From positions 1 to 59,519 of the forward strand of contig NEEC01000050.1 of assembly GCA_002189035.1 (NCBI GenBank): 59,519 nt of DNA, given 5' to 3'. Within the stretch, counting starts at the first letter, position 1; each line of letters opens with the position of its first letter. Position numbers and translations under genes: made by a program. The notes below the pieces were generated by a model that worked only from the letters and a program-made list of their open reading frames with translations, was not told the origin of the DNA and did not search any database. This stretch comes from Utricularia gibba (Eukaryota > Plantae > Magnoliophyta). Shown here piece by piece: positions 27,815 through 41,000 of this stretch.

Positions 27815-30800
27815 ATGGCGGGTGAATCCGGTTCAGCGCAGAGTGCAACGCTGGCGTGTGCTAAATGCGGCAAACCTGCTCATCTTCAGTATGTATTTGT
27901 TGCGTTCTTTCTTTTGTGTGTGATTCTTTGCGGTTCTTCAGCAGGTCAATGCAAGTTAGAAACTTGCGTTTCCTATGAAAGAAGTGGAAACTTCTAATAT
28001 TTAATGTTATTTTCTTTACAGATGCCCGAAGTGCGTTGAACTAAAGCTGCCCCGTGAAGATGCTGCTTTCTGGTACATTGCTATGAATTCATTCGTGTAA
28101 ATATGAGTAGACTGCATTTTATTGTTGAATTTTAAGTCAAAGGTATACCACTGAAACTTATTCTTGGTTAACAACTAAGTCGAAATCAACATTGATGTAT
28201 AATAGATGCTCCTAGCACCTCTTGATGCCAAGGTTTTATCGTGCAGTTCTCAAGATTGCTTCAAGGAGTCTTGGACTTCACATAAATCTGTTCACGTGAA
28301 GCCAAAATCTTCCACTGTATCTGAAAGTCAAGGAGATCAGAATATAAGCAATCCCAACGATGGGTGGTTATATTGCTTAAGGAAGGGACAGGCCCGCACA
28401 GCTAAACTTCCGCAGTTTGATTGGACAGGGTACTAGCCACTTCTATATTGGTTGTTCTTGCCTTCTTTCTCTTCAGTAGTGTCTACATGTAAATGAAATC
28501 ACATTTTTCAGTGGCTGTAAGTTAGAGTTTCCTTCAGTTAATTTATTCTTTTGCAAAAATTCTGATGTTTAAATTTCTTTCGTATGCATACGTGCCATTC
28601 TATCCTTTTTCATTTGATCTATATTTTTTTTGCACTGTTGTTACTGCAGATCATTAAGACCGTATCCAATATCAAAAGGGCGGCTGGTACCAGATCACAT
28701 TGAGCGCCCTGACTGGGCAATTGATGTGAGTATTCATCTCTAAAAGGCATTGAAGGAATAATTGAGAATGTGGGAATACAAGATTGTTCGATTATTCTGT
28801 CTGCTTGGATATGGTGTTCAATACCTAGCTATTTCTTTGTGTCAATCAGGGAATTCCGAAAATTGAACCAAACAGTGACTTGCAGCATGTTGTTGAGGTA
28901 CCGTTGTTTTTATGAACATGATATACTTTATTTTTTTCGTTGTGAAAGACTGTTACCTAAAACCTGTTTTCCTCCCTTCTGGAAGATTAAAACTCCGGAG
29001 CAAATTCAAAGAATGCGTGAAACTTGCAGAGTGAGCTACCTACTGCTCCTTACACAAAGTAGTTTGAATGTCCCGTAGATTTGCAATAGAAATATGAGAT
29101 TTGTTTTCGTTTCTTTTTCAACCGGCATATGATTTTTACTTTAAATATGATTGTATTGATTCTTCCAGATTGCAAGGGAAGTTTTGGACGCTGCAGCTCG
29201 TATTATTCGTCCTGGAATTACTACAGATGAAATTGATGCTGTGGTACATGATGCAACAATAGCTGCTGGTATCTCATTCCTTACTATTTCAGATATAGTC
29301 TAGGCTGTTTTTATTTAGCATCATGAAGTAGTTTACGAAATGGGTTTGGGTGAAACATTGCTAAGAGAATCTGGTTTGTGATGCATTGAGATGATCATGA
29401 AGAAATTATGATATTGGAGTCGTGATGAACTAACTGCTAATAATAGTGATGGACATGAAGGACATAGGATAGGTAATTTTGTTGTGCAATATGTTGATTT
29501 TTATTTTCAATTTGAAATCTGGCAGGAGGATATCCATCTCCACTGAATTATCACTTTTTCCCAAAATCTTGCTGCACGTAGGTACTCGTTAATTTTTTTC
29601 TTATCTTTTTATTGTTTCTTCTATCATCGCGTAATTTGAGAAAATGTTCTTGTTTCTTTTCAGGTCAGTAAATGAAGTCATTTGCCATGGGATTCCGGAT
29701 GCAAGGTATCTTATAAACACAAGCCCGTGACTTGTAATGATGTATGAAGCTGTTGGTTTTCCCTCAAGTTAATGTTGAATGAACATTTTTATTTTCTTGC
29801 ATGATTTCAAGTAAAAAGTTTGGTATAGGAATCCATTTATGTGCATTAACACCCTTGATGATAGCTGTAACCCCTTGCGTCTCATTAATTAATCAGGAAA
29901 TTGGAGGATGGTGACATTGTCAATGTTGATGTTACTGTGTGTTACAAAGGGGTGCATGGTAATCATAACTTGGAAGTCATTTTGGGATGTGTATGGCTTA
30001 AAGTTTGATATTTGCTTCTTTTGTCGTATGGATATCCAGGTGACTTGAATGAGACTTTCTTCGTGGGTAATGTGGATGAAGAATCTTTACGATTGGTCCA
30101 ATGTACTTATGAATGCTTAGAGAAAGCAATAGCAATTGGTGAGTGTGCAGATTCAATACCTCTTAAGTTCTACTCCTTCCACCACCCTTGAATTTTCAAT
30201 ATTTCTCTCCAAAAGCAATAATTCTGAACATTCAATCCTATCATTTGTATTCTGCACTTATCAGTCAAACCTGGAGTGCGATTTCGGGAAGTAGGGGAGG
30301 TTATTAACCGCCATGCTACTATGTCTGGGTTCTCAGTGGTAAACATTTCACCGGCTTCTTTATTTCCCATTGCTTGTTTAATTATTGCCATCGTATAATC
30401 ACATCCTTTGTTTTAAAATTCAGGTGAAATCATACTGCGGCCATGGTATTGGGGAGCTTTTCCATTGCGCGCCTAATATACCACATTATGCACGTATCCG
30501 CTGAATAATCTCACTTTCTTTGATGAAAATTGTTCTTATGAATTCCGATTTATATGATCTTTGCTTTAACTTGCAATGTCGGAACTTAACACGCAAATAG
30601 GAAATAAAGCTGCCGGAGTGATGAAGGCTGGCCAGACATTTACGATAGAACCAATGATTAATTCTGGTACTTCCTCATAGTTTCACGCTTTGTTCTCGGT
30701 TTTCATATCAGAATCGAATCCAATTCATATTGAGAAAGTGCTTCTTGATGTCTCCATTCATCTCCTTTATCACCTCTTGGTAGGAGTGTGGCGTGACCGA

Positions 30801-31031
30801 ATGTGGCCGGATGGCTGGACAGCCGTAACAGCTGATGGGAAACGAAGTGCCCAATTTGAGCACACCCTCCTGGTAATGCGTTGTATTCAACAGCAACCTC
30901 CCAATTTCTGTTGCCCGCATATTGATCTTATATTTGCTGAATACCCTACTCAGGTGACTGATACCGGAGTCGAAGTGCTCACGGCACGACTGCCATCATC
31001 TCCCAAGGTCTTCCCCTGGCTGAATTCATGA
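27815..31031 (+). CDS. MAP1A: Cytosolic methionine aminopeptidase 1A, multi-exon
   Basis: N-terminal Zn fingers ([11 protein letters not shown]|[14 protein letters not shown]), [39 protein letters not shown], ending KVFPWLNS*. Confidence 0.95.
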
Positions 31032-31396
31032 TCTCGCCTATTGGATTCATGTGAAGAGACCATATGAATGTCTTCCAGTATCGTCGTTCTACCCTCAATT
31101 TTTCATTTGAGAACTTCATTACATCTGTGCACAACAACTATATTTCAAGACTTACCAACATTTTTTCTTCATGTGACATGAAAGTGATGGTTGCAGTGTA
31201 GTGTTAGGCGAAGGGAGGTTGGTGGGATCCTGAGGAGCTCCACTTCAATTCAACCCCCAAAACTAACAACCTTCTACCCACCATTTCTCACCAACAATTT
31301 GGTTGGAATTTTCAAACCCATGCGGCCTGAAAAAAGCCCGTCTACCGAACCAAACCCACCAGTCTGAATTTGCAGAATCCCGCATCCTCGCAAGGA

Positions 31397-33896
<2,500 letters not shown>

Positions 33897-34249
33897 AGGC
33901 GGTATCCTCCACTAAAAGCTTTGGAGTTTCTTTTGTCCCCTGTAATGAGACAATAAACATGCTCAAATTTTGAGTACTGGACACAACCATGTCGCCGAAT
34001 CGCCACATTACAATTTGTTTTGAGCTACAGAAATGTTCATATCTTAACAAACGAAATAAGTTTATACACTTATAGGGAATGAAAGCTTCCCATATGAAGA
34101 TCCAGAGGTATAGCAAACAATGAATGAATGATTATGAACAATTTCGAGAGGCATCTTAGAACTCACAACAAGCCTAGAGAAGCTCTCTGAGCCAACTTGG
34201 AAAAGTGGTTGCTGACAATTTACTCATTGGAGACTAGCTATTTGGGTTG

Positions 34250-36390
34250 TCAGAAGTCATACTTCGTTCTGCCGCTTCCCAATATAAGGCAAAGAGTGTC
34301 TGAGAGGTTAGAGGAAGACGAAAAGAAATTCCATGATTCAAGCATGAGTCGCTTCCTCGACCCTTTGAAATGAACCACCTGCATGAAGAAACCATGTCTA
34401 GTGAAAACGCCACCAAAGGAACGGCAGATGTTTTTTCGTCATTATAAATCCGACAACACCCTATTTTACCTTGACATCCAAAGGCATCCCATGAAATTGC
34501 CCTGCCCCTTCTGGAGGTGTCCAGTTATAGCTGGAGCATGGAAGAAAAAGAACAGTGGCGGCACCAATTTGATCGATAAATGCGTTCCTTCCAGAAAACC
34601 TGCTAGCATCGAACTTGGGGTTAGATCTGATGACCCATGCAAGAGCCAACTGATCCCCAAGCATTCTAGAGGCCCTTGCAAATTTTGAACTGTACACCTT
34701 CAGCACTTCCTCCAAAAAAGAAATGGCCCTGTGGAAAAAGGAGAAGCTCAGATGAAGACAATCAGTAAGTAGCATTACATGACGAAAAATGGAAGAAACT
34801 AAAAAGAACCTGTGAATGCCATCAGCTGTTCCCCTTACTGCAATGAATCCTGAATTTAGTGGTTGTTCTTTGTTATTCCGGAATGTAACCGCAAGGTCAA
34901 AATTTTGATACTCTGTAAATATTTGCCCAAGATCAGCCAAAACCGCTATATCAGAGTCTGTGAAAATGTAGTGTGTAACTCGCTCCTCTTTCTGGATGAC
35001 ATTCTTTGATTGCATTTCTAGGAAGGCCTTACCATGACAAGAAAAATAAGAAACTAATAAGGCAATATACAGGGATGGTCCTTCTCTGAAAGCAGAATGG
35101 CAGATAGCAGGAATATTTTATCTAGGTCATTTCTTGAGACCATGAGAACCCCAATTATGCATTTATATCAAGTAATTGAGCTTCAATTGTAGTATAGAAT
35201 CTGAGACCAATTTCGTGAATCAGGTTAATGTCACAGCTACCAAAACCGAACATTATAACGAGGATAGGTAAAAAGAGACTATGGAGAACAAAAATAGGAT
35301 TCTCAACAATGCTTTTTGCTCTTACAATGTAAGACCTGATTCTTTGTAGCATCAACTTGTCACGCGAGTATTCACCTTGTATTGGCTGAAGCGTGACCAT
35401 GTCTCTCTGGAGGTCAAACTTAGAATTTGGATCACTGAGAATGATGACTCTGCTTTGAGGCATTGAAACCTACAATGCATGGTCAGATAACAACTTGTCC
35501 AAGAGATAACTAGAAGAGATGCACAGACATAATAAATACAAAAAAGCGTGTGCGTGACTACAGCTAATTACCCTTATGAAATTTACGAAAATGTTCAAGA
35601 TCGCCATGGATCTCTCCACTTTGCTGTATGAAATATTTCCTACTGTAATCATATCAGCTTGCCGATCCTCAGTGCTAGAATTGTACACAGTAAACACTGT
35701 CACAAACGCCACAGGATCAAATGAGAAAGAATTTCGGTTCAAACTCTCAGCACGGGTTATGTTGAGGGCCTTCGTTCCTGCAGACATCCACTGGAAGTTA
35801 TAGACTCGCTAAAGGCTGAAAGGTTCCAAAACACATAAATATCCGCATGACACACCACAGGGTAGCATGATCCTTTGATTCACCGGGTTCGGGACGGCTC
35901 AGAAAAGGGCAACACGGGAAACAATCATGAAAAAGTAATTCAAAGCATGCCAAAAACACAGATATGTGAGTTGACACAGCGCCAACGGCACATCAAGACT
36001 GATTGAACACCATAAGCCGCAAAGGAACAAGTACTTATTAGCTGAAAAAATAAATGAGTTTATGAAGCAAATCATATATAACCAACTACCAACAGATAAG
36101 TAACAAACCTCGGCAGTGCAAACGATCAGGTCGCCCTTCACCAGCAGCAAGCCCAAGGACAAGGTGATCAGGTTTCTTCAACTTTACCTTGCGAACATTC
36201 CTTGATTCCGTTTTGCTATAAAGCTCCTTAACTGAGAAATTCACGTATTACTCAGAACTAAAGCGAAGATGCTGTACATTCATCAGAAAGCGAAAAATCG
36301 CCAACCTGAAAGTAAGTGGATGAACAAAACAACCGCAGGCAGAGTAAAGAGCAACCGATTCCATCCGATACAAAATCTTCTGCCCATCAT
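34250..36390 (-). CDS. Uncharacterised conserved plant protein, putative nucleotide-diphospho-sugar transferase-like, multi-exon
   Basis: N-terminal signal anchor (WNRLLFTLPAVVLFIHLLS), DxD-like FTDSDIAV, LNSGFIAVRG, LGDQLALAWV, YNWTPPEG, last exon VVHFKGSRKRLMLESW..RTKYDF*. The enzymatic function is inferred. Confidence 0.75.
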
Positions 36391-36595
36391 ACCTCGATCT
36401 CCAAATTGAGATTCAAAAAACGAAATTTCTACCGTGAAATACTAGGCTTCAGCATCTCCCGCCCTTGCAAGAAGTTATCACGCACAGATATGCCAGTAAA
36501 TTTGAACACCATTCCTGGATCGAGCAGAAGAGAGAGCAAAGATGAAGGTGGCGCGGGCCTGGCACCACCTGGGCCATGGCGAAGACGAATGACCC

Positions 36596-36759
36596 TGGGC
36601 CGAGAGTTACCCTCAATGCAACTGGGTTTGGCCCGTTATTTGGAATGGGCCTAGTCCATAATATAACGGTCCAGGAAGACCCATTAATTATTTCGGGTCA
36701 TGGATTTAATTGGGCATAGGCCTGTTAGTGATTTGGGTCCCTGAAGTATGTTAGGGTTT
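36596..36759. promoter_or_regulatory. Site II elements plus telo-box in the short divergent promoter upstream of RPS13
   Basis: TGGGCC at 36596 and 36646, TTAGGGTTT (telo-box) at 36751-36759. This combination is typical of plant ribosomal-protein promoters. Confidence 0.7.
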
Positions 36760-36833
36760 CCTCTCACATCGGGAGTGTTGGAAAGCCAGAGCTTGATCAG
36801 TTGTGAGGTATCCAATTACCGTCCGTCGCCGCC

Positions 36834-37880
<1,047 letters not shown>

Positions 37881-38025
37881 AGCTCATGAATTGAAGTGTT
37901 CTCCCTACTTTGCTATGTTTGTTTTAAGCTCTTTTAGAAGCTACATTGGTGTTGATATTTGGTACTCAATCTTTGAGGTTTGCTTTTGTCCTTTCGTTAC
38001 AAAATCTGCTTAGCATACAACCTAA

Positions 38026-41000
38026 TTATTCAATGTTGATTGTCACAACCTTCTTTGCTTTTCCTCTCTGTGACTGCCCCCCACCGGAACCCTCCCTGAA
38101 AAGAGGATCCTGAAACCCACCCCATGCTGTAGGTGCTCCAAGCCGGCCACCTGCGTTCTCTGTCACCGATTGACTCACCATTGTAAATAAGAGCTTGTTT
38201 GATCGTATTACCTGACAGATTTACCTGAGTTTGTTTGAGAGCCAAAGGGGCTTGCGAAACCTGGGAAATATTTGCCGGTGCGCCCCTCCCAAGCTTGATC
38301 AAAGCCAACAAGTTCATCTGCCCACAACGAAGATGCATCTCATTATACAGTCGCTGGAAACTGATGCTTCACAAATCCATGATTCTTGGGGTTCATAGAC
38401 CAGCTGACCTTCATTTATGTTGTGAAGAGTCTGCATTGTGTCCACCTTACCACTGGAATCTAGCTTCCTGGTAACTGAATGCCCCTGTTGAAGGAGCAGT
38501 ATTACACCATTCGCTTCTTGCCTTCTTGACGTGAAACAAAAAGAAACAGAAGGAAGAAAAAGATAACATTCGTTTTGGCACCTTTTGGTGAATTCCCCTG
38601 GATATCTTATGTGTTGCTTCACCAGTTGTTCTGTTAGCCTCTCTGCTCTCCTCGAATGTCATCTGCTAAAATGTTCATGCACAGCGTTATAAATCTAATA
38701 GCACAGCTAATATGCAACAAAAAAAAAAAAAATTCAGATAAGTAGGAACATGCCCCGTCGTTCCCTGTGGTACGAGATGTTGTCGCTGTGTAATATGTTC
38801 CGTTGATACCACCATATGTCACCCTCTGGAAGCTCATGCTACGAGTCCTGGATTCCGCTACATCGACCTTGTTGTCATGCATGCTGTTTGGGGCTCTTCT
38901 GTGGTTGCTATCTTTAGCCCCAGGAACTGCCGCATCTGAAATCAGAGGAATAGTGAGGCTAATCCTGAATAGCTCAAAAACTTGTCAAGGTGCAGAGAAG
39001 GTTCAACTTACGATCTTCCTGATCATCTGGATGCTCAATAATTGGATGGCTGTCAGCAACTCCATCATTACCACCTCCATTTCCCTCGGTTCTGTCCGAA
39101 TCCTGTTCGTTATCCCCATCCATCTCTTCGATTACAGGCCCCTGCATCTTGTGCAAATGGCTATGGTTATCAGTGCGGAATATATCAGACCTGGAGGCAC
39201 GGCCAAAGGTAAAAGTATTTTTGGCTGCTTGATTTTGTTGGAGACTTGGTTGAACGTTGAGAGAATGTTGAAGTTTGTGGATATTGACTATTGTTTTTGG
39301 ATCGAAAAGAACTTTCCTTTATTTTCATAAAGCAAACAGGGATTTATATAGATGAGGAGAGTTGCCCGTTGGATCATATCAGGCCTAAAATATGACCGTT
39401 GCCTTTAGTCTGTAGATTAGTCCTCTTGTTCATCTACTGTGTAGCAGCCAGAATTTACTAGGACTTCTTTCATGGACTGGGCTTCAGATGCTTCTTCTTG
39501 GGCCAGTAGTTTGGAATGTTGAGGCCCAAGTATGATAAGGCCTTTTTCCCAATCTAATTGAGGGTTGCTTCTCATGGGAGGAACAGAGGTCGCGCGCCAT
39601 TCATCTTCGCGGGTTGAGACTTCCCGGATCTTCGTTGCTCCACCACTTGCTGACATTCCTCCCTGAGGGAGTAATGAAGATCCGGCTGTTGTCACAAGAG
39701 GATTTCTCCGAATTCCCAGCATTTCTCTGATTCTGTTGAAATTCCTTGGGAATAAGCATTTGGTGAGAATATCTGCAGGTTGCTCATCCGATGGTAAGTA
39801 CTCAAGTTTAATCAGTCCTTCCTTCACATAATCTCTGAGTATATGGTATTTAAGCTTGATGTGCTTGGTCCGACCGAACATCACAGGATTTTTTGCGATG
39901 CTAATGGCAGATTTGTTATCTATCTTGAGTATTATCGGTCTTGTAATTTGAATTTTCAGGTCATCGCATAATTTCACCAACCATTGCGCATGGTTGGCAG
40001 CAGCAGCTCCTGCGATGTATTCGGCTTCTGCCGATGATTGTGCAGTGACGGCTTGTTTCTTGCTGTTCCATGAAAATACCGCTGATCCTAAGTTGAATAG
40101 ATAGCCTGTGGTAGATTTACAATCTTGTTCGTCGCCAGCAAAGTCTGAATCAACAAATCCCTGCAAAATAGGGTTAGTACCTTTCTTGTAATATAAACCA
40201 AAGGAAGTTGTGGCCTTCAAATATTTCAGGATACGTGTTGCTATTTCCAGGTGTGTGTTGTGTGGCTGATGCATGAATCTGGCCAGAAATGATACGGCGA
40301 AGGTTATATCCGGTCTAGTAGCAGTTAAATACATCAGAGCGCCAATGAGTTTCTGGTAGTTATGAGAGTCAACTGGATGAGAATTAAGGTCAGATAATTT
40401 CTTTCTAACTTCTGGTGAGAAAGGAGTAGTAGATACTTTTGATGATTCCATGCTGTATTTTTTGAGTAGTTCCTCTGTATATCTACGTTGGTTCAAAAAT
40501 ATGAAGTCTTTATGTTGAATGATCTCCATTCCTAGGAAATAACGTGCATGTCCCAGATTGGTGAGTTCAAATCTTTGCTGCAATAGCTTCTGTAATTCAG
40601 AAATTCGTTCTTCACTGCTGCCTGTGATTAGAATGTCGTCTACGTATAAGGAGACAATAACTTTTCCTTGGATATCCTCAGATATGTATAATGTAGTATC
40701 ATTTTGACTTCTTGTATATCCCAGCTCTAGAAAGAAAGTGTCAATGGTAGTATACCATTCTTTGGGGGCCTGCTTGAGTCCGTATAAAGCTTTATTTAAT
40801 TTCAGTACATATTCTGGATTATCTCGGATGATGAAACCTGGAGGGGGTTCACATATATGTCTTCGCTTAACTCTCCATGCAGAAAGGCCGTTTTTATGTC
40901 CAGATGATGTAAATACCACTTGTTGCAGGCCGCAAGTGCAATAATCAGCTTAATGGTGTCTAATCTTGCCATCGGAGCGAAGGTTTCCAGGTAATCAATC

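Noticed and set aside
36761-36771. snRNA-type upstream sequence element (CTCTCACATCG)
   Set aside because: Imperfect match, no correctly spaced TATA box or recognisable snRNA downstream, and it lies in the RPS13 promoter or 5' region.
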